Below are positions 26,851-39,748 of a DNA stretch of 64,000 bases, piece after piece. A program made the translations under genes and the position numbers. The notes under the pieces were generated by a model that did no database searches, was not told the origin of the DNA, and worked only from the letters and a program-made list of their open reading frames with translations. The stretch is from Pelomyxa schiedti (Eukaryota; Protista; Evosea), in contig JAHLWZ010000809.1 of assembly GCA_020536535.1 (NCBI GenBank), positions 65,068 through 129,067 of the forward strand. The letters are read 5' to 3'. Within the stretch, counting starts at the first letter, position 1, and each line of letters starts with the position of its first letter.

Positions 26851-28709
26851 ATGAGCACTTCGTTTTCGTCATTCAACATGAGCAATGCCACCAACTCGTC
26901 GTCCTCGTCGCCAGCCGAGCTGGTCCTCACGCCCGGCGATACTGCCATCGTCCTTATTTCCGCTGCTTTGGTGTGTCTGATGACCCCCGGGCTGGCTTTC
27001 TTCTACGGAGGACTCGTTAGGAGAAAAAACGTGTTGAACATCATGTTGCAGAACTTTATTAGTATGGGCCTGGTGACAAGTACGGTTTTTTTCGGTTTCT
27101 TTCGTGTTTTGCTTATTTAAGATTCTAGCGATATGGTATTTGGGAGGATTCAGCTTGGCTTTCGGTGATAGTAAAGGAGGAATTATTGGCTCGCTGGAGT
27201 ACTTCGGACTCAGGAAGGTGGGAATGACACCAAATCCCGACTACGGTGCAACAATTCCTTTCCTGGCTTTTTTCGTGTTCCAGGTATATGAGTGAGCCTG
27301 AGTTTTTCTTCTTCCCTTGCACTCATACTCAATCCAGGAAATGTTCGCCATCATCACTCCTGCACTAATTACTGGTGCTATTGCTGAGCGTGTAACATTC
27401 TCTGCATGGACCATTTTCATGGCCCTATGGTCAATTTTGGTTTACATACCTGGTATGCCCTCTTGATTACTGTAATGCTCTCGAACTCATCAACTCCAGT
27501 GTGCCACTGGGTGTGGGGTTACGGCTTCATGTATGATTGGGGTGTCCACGATTTTGCTGGTGGATTGGTTGTACATTGCACAGCTGGGATGAGTGCTCTG
27601 GCTGGTGTACTCGTGATTGGACGGAGAAAGATAGTCGGTGAGAGTGGACCCCACAATGTAGCCTATGTGGCTCTGGGAACTGGACTTCTATGGTTCGGGT
27701 GGTTCGGTTTCAACGGTGGCTCTGCCCTGGCTGCAAACGGCGATGCTGCAATGGTTTGACCTTCGTATCTTTCTGGCCGCTAATATACTTTTAGGCATGG
27801 GTCACAACAGATGTAGCAGGTTCTTCTGCCATGATGGTCTGGGTAGTTTTGGATCTCATCAAAAGCAAGAAGCCTAGTATGGTGGGCATGCTCACTGGAG
27901 GTGTTGCTGGTCTGGCAACAGTTACCCCGTGTGCTGGATGTAAGTTCCGCTCAGTGAGTACCACTTTGTAATCAGTTACAGTTATAAGACCCTGGGCCGG
28001 TTTTGTGATTGGTTTGCTAGCCTCTCTCATATCATACGGTGCCGTCATTATCAAGACCAGAGTTGGATGGGATGATGCACTTGGTACGAGATATTCAGTT
28101 CTTTATCACAGCTCACCAACCACAGATGTCTGGGCTTGTCACGGAGTTGGTGGAATCATGGGAAGCATCCTTCTTGGAGTTTTTGCTCAAGAGGAGGTCA
28201 ATGGCGTGTCTGGCCTCATTGAAGGAAATGGATATCAATTTGGCATACAAATTGCGGCTGCCTGTATAATCGGCGCTTGGTCCGTCTTGGTCACAGTGGT
28301 TTTACTGCTGGTAATCAACATAGGAATAAAGATACGTGTATCAGAAGATGCCGAAATGGTGGGATTGGATATTCTTACAACTGCTGATCACGGAGCCTAC
28401 GATTATGACAGAGATGGAGGAGCACTGGCTGACATGGCCGGCACAGGCGGTGCACAAGATCCCCTTGGATCAGCTTCTGCAGTGGTAGGCACTTCCAATG
28501 AAGGTGCTATTTCAGACGCATCCAGTGGCACAGAGATGCTACCAGTTCACAGTGACAAGGAGCCCAGTGACGAAGAGAACCAAAAGGGAAAGAAAGACAA
28601 GGAAAAGGACAAAGATAAAGACAAGGACAGAAAAGGCAAATCAAGAAAGTCCAAAGATCAGTCCTCATCCAGTGAAAAAGAGAGACGGAGGGATAAGCAC
28701 GCCCACTGA
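26851..28709 (+). CDS. amt: Ammonium transporter (Amt2/AmtB/Mep type) with a charged C-terminal tail
   Basis: [32 protein letters not shown]; [20 protein letters not shown]; [13 protein letters not shown]; [17 protein letters not shown]; [11 protein letters not shown]; [17 protein letters not shown]; EMVGLD. Confidence 0.97.
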
Positions 28710-29042
28710 GCTTGTATAAAAAAAGAAATGCCTGTGGTTTTTTATTTGTTTTAGTGAAGAATATACAACCCCTTTTTTCCTTGCTTAGAGAAACAAATAT
28801 AATTACGTGCAAACAAAAGATGTAGCACGGTGCACCACCAAACGAGGGTGAATGGAAAAAATTGTGGAGCACTACTAAGAACAACGGTGTTCTCTTTGTT
28901 TTTTACGAAAAAATAAAAAAAAACAGAAAAAAAAAAACAAAAAAAAAACAAAAAAAACAAAAACAAACAAAAACAAACAAGAATAAAAAAACCACAAACA
29001 AGCAGAGCCACAGTAACTAAACAAGAAGAATAACCAAAAAAA

Positions 29043-29811
29043 ATGAGTACGATGACAAGAGAGTGGAGCGCAGACGTTCTGTCTCAAAACGACGCTTTCG
29101 ATATGTGGTCTTTCGAGGGTCTCATAGTCAACGTAGTCGGTTTTCCGATCTCCATCCTCTTCGCCTTTCACCTCGGTTTTGTGGGTACGTCTTTATTTTT
29201 CGCTCGTACGCGGATCTGAAAAAAAAAAAAAGAGACGTTGAGATGTTGCATGCCTACGAGAGAGGACAACTCCTGGCGAGTTTACGGACTCCACGTTCTC
29301 AGTCTCCCCATAAGGTTCGTTTTTTTTTTTTCTTGCCTTGTGACTAACCTTTATTCATTCACCTTTAGGTTGGCAGTGGCGATAGTGCTGATTGCGGCAG
29401 TGCTTCCATTCTCGATTGTGAATCTGTTACTCATTATGCCTCTCAAGTGCCTCCTCAATGCGTCAAAGTGCACGGCCAATCGCGACAATTCGTTTGGAAC
29501 TGAGGCTTCCCACAATGCCGCTAGTGAAAATCACGCGAGCCCCAGTTGCTACCCAAGCGCGTGCACCTGGAGCCCTCTGGTTTTCTCCAAAGAACAAGAA
29601 AACCGAGCCAAAATTCACGGGTACGCATTTCTATCTTCTATTTCCTCCTTCCCTATCACCAATTTTCTCATTTTATTTTTTTCCTAGGTGCAAACACCTC
29701 CTGCAATTGATTTGTTGCACTGTTGTGGTTGGAAATAGGCCGTACACGGCGTGTCCTGTTTGCTGTTCACCAAAGCGTACTTTCTCTCCAGCACTCATGT
29801 ACCACGTATAA
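29043..29811 (+). CDS. Hypothetical membrane protein with a Cys-rich C-terminus
   Basis: ATG after an A-rich leader; hydrophobic segments LIVNVVGFPISILFAFHLGFV and LAVAIVLIAAVLPFSIVNLLLIMPL; plausible short introns; no family recognised. Confidence 0.4.
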
Positions 29812-29916
29812 TCACCAACAAAAAGCACCCATTCCCTCTGGGTAGCATGTAGAAACCAACAAATTATAAAAAAAAAGACTTTTGTTTTATGACTGCTTTT
29901 CTTATTGTGTTGGTTT

Positions 29917-32053
29917 TTAGAGTATCATGTCAGCCAATAGGTAAGGCTGGTTTGAGTGCCACTCCTCAATCCACTGGTCAATGTTGTCCCGCATTGTGTC
30001 TCGAGCACTAACTACAGACGCGGGATCAAGGGGATTGGGTGTGCGGAGGTCCAAGTGGTGGGCCGCATCTGCTTCTACCAAACATACTTGGCTTGGCACT
30101 TGTGATGTCTGAACGCCTCCTGGTTTGAAGATAAGAGAACGAAGTGATGGAGAGTTAGTTACCCGAGCGCCAGGGGTCAAGTACACCATTGGTGAAAACA
30201 ATATTAGTCCCGGTTACTTTTCCACCAAAACCTGTGTAGTACAGAGGTACCCTTATTGGGGTAAGAAGAGGTTTCATTCTTTTTGATGCATTATTACCAC
30301 AGCGGTCGTGGGGTAATGCCAAATACGTTCTGGCAATAAGTGGTAAAACTGTCTAAGTTGAAGTAACCTGGCAGGAACATATCACTTGTCCCATTTGAAG
30401 ATATTGGCATTACCATTTCAGTGCATTCTGTGGATTAATAAACAACAACATTACTTTTATTACAGGAAACCTTGGAAATACCAGGGAAGGTAGGCCAATG
30501 ACGAGGTTCCATATGCCGATAGGTCATTGCATGCGATAGTGTTCTCCCAATTATAGTAAACAGAGAGAGCCGCAGCGACACCCTCTAAGAGACCTCCCGA
30601 CTTCTACACAATTAGCAAAGAAAAATGATAAATACCTACCTTGGCTGCAGCAAGCTCCTGGCAAGATACAGAAACAGGCCACGCAGGCAGTGGCATAAGG
30701 AAATTTGCTATGATTCGATGAACAAATAAGCAATAATGATAGTAAATACCATCATATGGATAGTCAACCATTGCCATGCTTATAAATCCCTGAAAACTGG
30801 TCAGATTAAACAGGTAGAAAAATAATACATTTGACATCCACGAATACAATGTTTCCACATCAGAACTGGTTTGAAGTGGATCACACGTGTTGAATGTTGT
30901 AGACAAATTAGCACGGCCTTCGGGAGTGTTTCCCAGGTCCATCACCAAATCAAAGGAAGTCCGTATATCCACTGGACATTGAGGATCTGCACTTCTAAAT
31001 GTCTCTGTTGTTATCTTTTGTTCTGTTTGAGGATGCTGAACGTCGACGAGTTTGGTACCTGGTAGTACGACCATTGGGAAACTCCTGTGCCCATGAATTC
31101 CAGAATAGGGCCAGATGACGAGATGGCACCGGCTACAATCTGCGGGTATTTCATTCTCATCCACGCTGAGAGCATTCCTCCGTATGAACCTAATAGAATA
31201 AATTATTGGGCAGGGAAGAATCCTACCTCCAAATGCAATAACTGGACATGACATAGCATTGAGGCTCTGCTTCAAATACGATATGAGTTCGGCATAATCA
31301 GCCAAAGCCTAATAAAGTAAGCAACATTGACCTGACCTGGGTCAACTTCAAACTACCTGCTCAGAGGTGAAATAACCAGTGTTCTCTCTAGTGAAACTCA
31401 TATTTCCGAAGGGTAAGGATTTCCCATAATAACGGTGCTCACCAAATACAACTAGTGCTTGGTACTCCTTTAAATGGTAGTTTACTGACTAGTGGGATTG
31501 GTCTATTGGATTCACTTGAGAAAGTGTCTCAGTCAAGAAACCAGTATTATTCCAAAACCACTCAATGTCACCCTCATTGCCTAGTTCAATTTTGGTTTAT
31601 TTATTGCAAATTGGAAAGTGACCTGTGTAAAAGAGGATGGGCCCTTTGCATACGTTCCCAACAGGTTTCAGCCAGAACTTATCTGGGGAGTACTAAGAGG
31701 AGAGTGGAGTAGAGCGCAAACAAACTTACCCATTATTAAGTATCGCAGTTCGAAAGTATCTGGAACAGTCCGCCAGTTGAAGTGATCCAACGTGCAGTCA
31801 TAATACTTTTCTTCATATTCCGACTGTACTTCTACAAAGAATGAACACCAGAGAAAGAATAGGGGAAAAAGAAAAAGGGGGGAAAAAAAAAAAGAAGAAA
31901 GAGGACAAGGCCAGGAAAATGACTTTGTTTGCTAGGTCCCGCATGTGGGGGACGCATCAAAACAGGTGGACGTGTGACGAACAGAGATTCAGCAGCACCC
32001 GCAAAACACGACACAACCGCACACGCCAACAAGATCTCCCTCACAACACCCAT
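29917..32053 (-). CDS. PRCP: Lysosomal Pro-Xaa carboxypeptidase (peptidase S28)
   Basis: Signal peptide; TLDHFNW...FELRYL; GPILFYTG; [12 protein letters not shown]; [13 protein letters not shown]; catalytic GGSYGG; AAHHLDLR. Confidence 0.93.
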
Positions 32054-32185
32054 CAACGTCCCCTGATTGTTTTTCTTTGTGTGAGTGAACAATCACGTTA
32101 ACGTAACATCGTTCCTCTAATCTACGGAAATTAGCACTTTTTTGATTGTGACGGGACGTTGATCAAAATCAAATAATAACAAAAG

Positions 32186-35100
32186 ATGTCCAACCATGAA
32201 GAAGAGCAAGCAGGTTGGTACTCTGTTGTAATTTATGCAATGGGCACATGTATTTTTGTAGTATATATAAAAATAAAATCAATAATAAATATTTCAATAC
32301 AGCCTCTGCTCATGAAGAACCGGAAGATTCGAACACGAAATTGAGAGGGATGGTTGTTGAAGAACTGGTAACTACAGAAAAAAAGGTACCAGTATTAATT
32401 TCAAAACCGTAACTCACACTTCAACCTTTGGTACTTCGTATTTCCACTGTTCCTCCTGTCAGTATTTGGAAGATTTGTACACACTGATAGTTTAGTATGG
32501 CCTTCCGTGTATTATAGTAAACTTAAAATTACTAGTTATGTCCGGCCAATAAGAACTCAATTTCCTGAGTTACTTCAGACTGCCCAAATGGTAACGGTGC
32601 CCACAAACTTTTTTTTTTTGATTGCAGTTCAATTTAAGGGATCTGTTCTTGCTGAGTTCTCGACTGCCCAGTTGATTTTTGACTTGAACACTGATTTGTA
32701 TTCAGAATTATCTAAAGCGTATTCCGAGAGTGATGATTCTACCATTGGACAGATTTTTCTAAAAATGGTCTGTGTAAGCACCCAAGGTAACACACTTATA
32801 ATAACATAGGCATCACAATGGGATTACTACGCTGTTTACTGCAACCACCAAGAAGATGCAGTTAGCAAGCTTGAAACACTGGAAAGCTCAAATGCTCAAT
32901 TCAGCACTTTTTTGCAGGTTAAAATAGGCTTTCCACAAATCAAAAGTCACGATGTTTCTTCCTACTATAGAAATGCCGTGCTGGAACTCATGAGAAACTT
33001 CGGCTGCAAGACTTTGTGGTGAAACCTTTTCAAAGATTGCTGAAATATCCACTGCTCTTACAAGTACTATCTTTTCTTCAACTTTGTTATTTATTTCATT
33101 TTCTCTCTAAACCAATATGTTCAGTCCTTGCTCAAGTATACATCACCCACACACAGTGACTATGATAACATTTCCAAAGCTTTGCAGTCCATGGAGGCCA
33201 CAATCAGCGCAATTAATACCAATAAAACCCATTCAGATAACCTTAAAAAACTTCTGTTAATAAACTCATTAGTGGTCTCTGGAAAGGTTTGTCATACCTA
33301 TAGAGTGCGCCTCTCTAATCAATCAAAAAAGCACTTCACTTTTGTGCAACCTGACAGAAAATATGTTATGGAAGGAAATCTGACAAAAATTTGCAACAAA
33401 CCACGGCAACGCAAATGCTTTCTTTTTTCTGATGCAGTACGAAAATAATCAACATTTGCATGTAACTTACAGAGCCTCTCACAATCACCTCTGTAGTTTG
33501 TTTACTGTAAGGAACTGATGTCCGGCAAACTTAAAGTTGGTGGCGTGATATTGATAGAGGATTTGGAGATTGAAGATATTCCCGACACAAAAAGTGAGTG
33601 AAAACTGCCCAGCTTGTAATGCAACTAAATTTCCTTCTTTTTTGCAGCTTATTCCAATGCGTTGAAGTTCATTCATGAAGACAAATGTGAGTCTTCAACC
33701 AAATCCAAACCGAGTACCCGCATTCACATCATATGCTGCTCTGACACCTTTGAAAAGGGAACATGGCTAAAAGCTTTATTGTATCTCACAATTGAATTCG
33801 ACATATTAACTGGAAAAACTGCAGGGATCTCAAGCAACCAAATCAATCCAAGCAACTTCGAAGGACGAGCTCTGAGGCCTGTCCTTCACACACCACAACA
33901 CCCCCGAAGCTCTCACCTACAATGTCATTGCCCTCTACCGATTTCCGGTGTGTAGCTACACTTTTCCTTCCTCCCTTATAGCATTTTATTCACTGGCCAC
34001 AAGAAATTTAAATGATCAAGTGAAATCTAGGGCTTACTCCACTCCCCCACCGGTTCAGGTAAAAATTTGACACCGTGCTATCTGTGTGTATTCATTATTC
34101 CAGATGAACCCTGTCAAGGCAGTTGAAATATCAACGGAAATCGATAATGTTGAGCCAATGCAATCTCGTGAAGGGGACCCCAGCAACATCGAGTGCTGTG
34201 AAGGCACCTGCACTCCATCCAAACCCCCGTCTAAACCTCCTCCTGAGCTCCCTTTCCATCGAATCACCAAGAGTAGTTCTCTGGGAGAACTAAAATCCAG
34301 AGGATTGCTGCCTGGACTCCCGCTAGAGGATGCTGCTCCACAGTCACCTTCAGGAGCCAGTCTGGTTACTCCACAGTTAGGTGACAAAATCTTGCCCTCC
34401 ACAGACAACACACAGGCACCACTAGCAGAAGGGGTTGTTGCTTCTACTACTGTGGCCAGGCTGCCCAGGAGGGGTCCACCAAACTTGCTCAGACCTGTTA
34501 ACCCCTCTCTGCAGCACATCTCAATGCAATTACAGCAATCACTTAAACTGCGTACAACTCCATTGCAGCGGGCACCATCACCCGATTCCTTGCAGGCGGC
34601 AACAATTGACCCTCCAAAGGCACCAACGACATTGAATGTGCCAACACCGCAGCTGACAGTCTCACCTGTGTCACCCCCCACTACCGAAGACGCACAGCAA
34701 CCGCCTGTAAATACACCAACGCCAGTGCGGTTCACACATAAATCACGTTCCTTTTCCTTTTCCACCTCCCTCCTGCGGCCACTTCCTGCTCCGCAGCTCA
34801 AGCAGCCACAAACCCCACACAGCGCAATCACCACAACACCCACCCCAACAGAACCGGCACAAGTTGCATTGCCGGTGCCCACCCCACAGCCCCAAACACA
34901 AACAACCCCCGCTCCAACAACAACAACAGCAACCACAACCACAACACCGGCAACAACAAACAACACGGAAGACACGGCAACCTCGCCCTGTGCCACCCCG
35001 CACACATCCCCGACACTCCTGTACACCCCATGCACACACAGACCCCAGCCTCCACCAGCAAACATTTCCTCACCCGAATCATCAACCACTGCATCCCATC

Positions 35101-35249
35101 CCAAGCCAACACCACCACCGAGACTCGGGGGCCTATCCTACCCACCACCACCAACAACAACCAACACAGCACCACCCACTCCTTCTGTGAATATCACCAC
35201 CACTGTACCAACTCCTCAGTCCCGCCCTCATGCCTCATCTGATATCTGA
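32186..35249 (+). CDS. RhoGEF (DH-PH) with a long Pro/Thr/Ser-rich C-terminal tail
   Basis: LRGMVVEELVTTEKKYLEDL; LLKYTSPTHSDYDNISKALQSMEATISAIN; PH-like RKYVMEGNLTK...RQRKCFLFSD; 387-aa low-complexity last exon at 34086-35249. Confidence 0.88.
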
Positions 35250-35351
35250 ATCTTTCCGTGCAACTCCATTTTACGACAATTTCCCACCACATCATTTTTT
35301 GACAGATTTGAGATTTGAAGTTTTCCTCCCCACAAACAAATAAAAAAAAAA

Positions 35352-35830
35352 CATGTTCGTGGGTGACGGTGTTACTGTCGTCTTGTCGGCGCGTAGATCT
35401 AGGCGGTTGTTTGGACATCATACGAACCTCTTGGACGGTACGGTGCTGCCGTTTGTTACTTGTTCTTATCGCTTTCTCTTTCTCCAGAATGCGCACTCGA
35501 TTCTGTCAGTAGTTTCATCTCGGCTCGCATCTTCTTGTGTCAACTGCCTCATTTTTCTTCCTCTTCGTTGGTCGTATTCATCTTCATCGCTCAACAGGAT
35601 TCTCACAGTGGCGGTGTTTTGGGGTGAGTGATGCGTGTTGTATAGAGCGCGATGGCAGGGGTCTTGCAGGAATGGGTGTTGGATAAGTCTCGTGTTTCAG
35701 ATCATCCACTGGGCAACCCCACCTGTCACTTTGGGGGTTGGGCCTCATGTGGGGGCGCTGGGGGGGTGGAGATACACGAGGTGTGGTCTACACCTTCCAC
35801 ACCCACAGCTTCGGGCGGCGTAATCACCCG
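35352..35830 (+). pseudogene. Possible gene start or degenerate gene leading into the repeat cluster
   Basis: ATG after aaaaaaaaaac; canonical intron gtacgg...ctccag near 35437-35487; the reading frame is not conserved across the downstream repeat copies. Confidence 0.2.
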
Positions 35831-36990
35831 CCTTCGGTTGATGGGCATGGGGTGTGCCCAACTGCTGTGCTCAGACGTATATTCTGGGCACCGTGGGGGG
35901 GTATAGACCGTGCACTGCGCCTTGTGGAGATACACCCTTCTTCTCCTCTTGCATGGGACCCAGCCTTTCGGGTTTCACTGTGGTTCCCTGGGTGGCGCCT
36001 GGCATGTTATTTTTCCAGCTACTTGTTCCTTCACTGATCCGTCTTGATATCGTTTTGGGTGGAGAGGTCATGAGTTGATTGTGGGGAAGAGTAAGGGGGG
36101 TCGTCTCCAGTAGACCTCTACGGCCCCAACTGTTGGTCTCTTCTGGGCTCCATGACATGCCGTGTGGGAGTAATTGCTGATAGGAGTAGGTGGGGGTTCA
36201 CGAGGATGTATGGCCTCACCCTCTGGGGTGGCCCAACTGTTGTGCTCAGATATATATTCTGGGCACCGTGGGGGGGTACAGGCCGTGCCCTTGTGGAGAT
36301 ATCTCTCCTTCCTCCTTTGCTCTCACACGTGGAGTTCAGTTGAAGAAGCTTCACTTTGGCCTCATGGGGATTGACAGGCCACTTTCCCTTCACTACTTCC
36401 CATCCCAATTCAACTCCTCTCGCCTCTTCACCCTCAGCGTGATCTTGATAGCAAGTGGTGGTGGCATTTGGTGGTGTTTGGTGGGTAATAGTTGTGGTTC
36501 GGGGAACCCCAACCGTTACTTGCGGGTTGGGCCTCGCGTGGGGGAAAAGAACAGGTGGAGATACACGAGGTGTGGTCTACACCTTTCACACCCACAGCTT
36601 CGGGCGGCGTAATCACCCGCCTTCGGTTGATGGGCATGGGGTGTGCCCAACTGCTGTGCTCAGACGTCTCTTCTGGGCACCGTGGGGGGGTATAGACCGT
36701 GCACTGCACCTTGTGGAGATACACCCTTCTTTACCAGTGGAGGTCGGATGGAGATAAACGAGGTGTGGCCTCACCTTCCACACCCACAGCTTCGGGCGGC
36801 GTAATCACCCGCCTTCGGTTGATGGGCATGGGGTGTGCCCAACTGTGGTGCTCAGACGTATATTCTGGGCACCATGGGGGGGTACAGGCCGTGCACTGCA
36901 CCTTGTTGAGATACACCCTTCTCTTTACACCTGCGTGCAACTCAGCTTGCGGGTTTCGCTGTGGTTTCCTTTTTCTGCAACTCGGTGGTG
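35710..36990. repeat. Cluster of four ~170-bp related repeats (35766-35940, degenerate 36199-36305, 36555-36729, 36749-36921)
   Basis: Near-identical core cacccacagcttcgggcggcgtaatcacccgccttcggttgatgggcatggggtgtgcccaactg in three copies. Copies 1 and 3 start and end with GTGGAGATACAC; copies 2 and 4 have variants. Flanks of copies 1/3 and 1/4 are also homologous. Confidence 0.9.
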
Positions 36991-37329
36991 CTGTGTTTGG
37001 GGTGGGGGGATTATCTGGTGGCGTCTTTGACTCTGAGTATTTGGCAAAGCAATTTCAGTATATCATGCATGACCTTTTGGTTTAGCTATTATTCTAAAAC
37101 ATATTGCACAAGTCACAGTTAGGTGTTATTGCTCGAATTAGGTTTCAATTATCCTGTACAGTTTGGAGTTCTCTACTGCAGGTTGTATAAATCACTTCCA
37201 CAATCAACTAATCGCTCTAAAATTTCTCAGGTTTACTATTATCAGATTGATGTTCTCAAGTTTTTCAGAATGCAAGTTCAATATGTAGGATCACAGGCTC
37301 ACAGCTGATTGGTTTCTTCTGTACGTTCC

Positions 37330-39476
37330 TACTCTGGTATTAGGAGGAGCCTTGACGGGAGTTGTTGAATCTTGGCCACATTCTCAAATTCCCCCATGGA
37401 ACCTCCGCTCCCAGAGTTACTTCACGATTCCCGGCGCGCACTGTCACCACGCGGTCATTCACTCTGTGTGCTCTCACTACAGCCAGCTGGTTGTTTTCTT
37501 TGCTACTTGAAAGAGGTTGCTGTCTACTCGACTGCCTGCCAGGTTGTTTTAATCACACTTACACAATTAATCAATTAATCGCTCTGATAGGGATCTCACA
37601 AGGCCTTACAACAACTGCCTCTGCAATGACATCCCAACTCAGCCCACCCAAAAGACTTTCCTACCGCACCACGGAAAAAACACAATTTCACAACACATTC
37701 TATTTGTGGCACAAGTTGCAACAATACTTTGTTTTTCTTGTCTCGACTATAGCAGAGGGCATTCAATACTGCAAAAAAGTTAATTTGGCATCCAGAAATT
37801 GTATGGTTTTGGGTACATGAGCGTTCGTAGTTTTGCAACCACATCCTCGATTACGGGTCTCTGCACATTTGTTATTGACAAACAGGCCGCAAGAGAAGAA
37901 AGAAACCTCAGATGCCGTTTGGGCCCAGCATTCGCTGATGAGCTGTTTCTGCCGAAAGAGTTAACTTTCAGGTAATGATGGGAAGAATACCAGGCCAGCG
38001 GGCACAGCAACAGGGGGATGTTGCCCATTTGAATGGGGGTAGGAGAGGAAATCTGGAATACCCGGGCGTAATGCACATGTGACATATAGAGGTACATCTT
38101 GGCTTGCAAATGGTATTTCTTCTGTCATTATTTCATAAATGGTTACCCCAAGAGCATAGCTACAGATATTTAATTAACTTGGGAAAAGATATATTATGGA
38201 TTCCTACATATCGGTCGTATATCCTGACCTTCTTCCGGGTCCTTCATTTTGAAGCTCAGGAGGGCGGTACGGAGCTGTACACAACAATTACTTTCATAAG
38301 GAAAATAGGGGGTTACCAGTTCCAGGTGTTATCTCTACTATAGCATCTTTTTGACCCAGCAATAATATAGCTTGACCGAAGTTGGCAATCTTTTTCAAGT
38401 TAGAATAAGAGTTAATGGGGTGAAAACGTTCCCACTTTAACATTGAAATCATAGTCCACAAATAAATTAGAAGGTCTCAAGTCCCTGGTGGGGAACTGTT
38501 AAGAGATCTCAACATAAAGAAAAAAAGGCTGAACTGATGACTAGCTTTTACAGTGCAATGCAAAAAGGCTAGACCTTGTGCCTATAGAGTATGTAAATTG
38601 TTTGCGTTGTGAAAGTTAATCATACAATGCCAAGAGATAACCGTAATTTATGTATCAGACCAATGCCCCCAAGGTGAAAGAAATTATGCACCAACCGACC
38701 AGGGAGTAGAGACACAGGGCAGTGGATCAATCTGAATAGGTCACATGGCAGGGTTTCCATCACAATCATGAAAGCTCCGTTGTTTATACAAGTACCTGCA
38801 GAGATATAAGTTGTGTTTGGTGGAAATACATTGTTACCAATCATCAACACCACATTAGGGTGGTAAGAACTGGCGGAACATTAATACAAGACAGAGAAAG
38901 CGACGTGGTACCTGAGCAGTGTCGCTTCCCTACGAAACTTGGCCAGTTCATTAAAAGTCTTTACTGAAACTGCAGTTCCATCCAATATTGCTTGGGAGAA
39001 ACAACGGTGTTAGAAATTATGGGAAATGTTGGTGTCACCAACATACCACTCTTCAGATAGATAGGCGTTTCTTTTGAATCTGAAGTAAAGTGCAGGGACT
39101 CAAAAGCAATGTCTCGAACAGTAAGAACCACCGGATACACATCGGGTGTGTGAACAGGCGCGGGAACGGTGCGCTTCAATCGCAACGTCGACGACCCTAT
39201 CAATGGGGGATGTGCAAGAGCAAGTTCCGCATGTTCAACAGTGTCGAACTCTATGATCGTCCAGTTTCCTTGGTGCGACGTGCGCACCCTGGGGGAGAGT
39301 AAAAAAAATGTTGGTAGGTACAACGGGAGTGGGAGGAGAGTAGAACCAACTCACTTGTGATCAGGGAAAAGCGCTTGCACATTCTCATAGTGACCGAGGT
39401 GTTTCTGCTTTGTTTTGAGAATCTCGGGTCCCTCCTTCCTGGATCGAACCTGTACACCAGGTACTGTGGTCGCCAT
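37330..39476 (-). CDS. RRM-like domain plus TKL-type pseudokinase; 3' end uncertain
   Basis: WTIIEFDTVEHAELAL...IGSSTLRLKR (RNP1-like). Kinase motifs GTAVSVK, FRREATLL..HPNVVLMIG, LAFLH, TRDLRPSNLFVD, IANFG, GTAPYRPPEL, DIYALGVTIYEIMTEEIPF, ISECWAQ, RPVIEDVV. Confidence 0.8.
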
Positions 39477-39748
39477 CGTAGGTGCTTTTCTTTTTCTTGT
39501 GCGGCATTGATTCCAGGTCGTGCTAAGAACACAGGAGGCGTGGTCTCATCACTGCAAAAATAGACACATCGCGTGAGTTAACTTTCAGATTTCCATGATC
39601 AAGACAAATCACTGAGCAAATCATCAGGGAATAGTTCAACCAACGGTCCCGGTGACAGATGCATTAGAATCTCAGGGGCTCTAATCCAAATTCCGTACGG
39701 CCGTGATCTGTGAATCTGTCGTTTGTTCAAAAGAAAACCGAAACAAAA

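Noticed and set aside
28880-29045. Poly-A/(AAAAC)n tract as a retroelement tail
   Set aside because: Similar A-rich tracts precede many start codons in the window; no RT fragment or target-site duplication is visible.
34055-35104. 349-aa minus-strand V/G/C-rich ORF
   Set aside because: Antisense shadow of the Pro/Thr-rich RhoGEF exon.
35810-35830. UUCG tetraloops (cttcgg twice per repeat unit)
   Set aside because: Flanking bases do not extend the stem beyond the closing C-G pair.
35710-36990. CRISPR array or tRNA cluster
   Set aside because: Units are ~170 bp with no short-repeat/unique-spacer pattern, no cas genes are present, and no cloverleaf or A/B boxes were seen.
37380-37780. RING finger C-terminal to the pseudokinase
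   Set aside because: Cys residues fall in different frames and I could not build a consistent spliced C3HC4 pattern.
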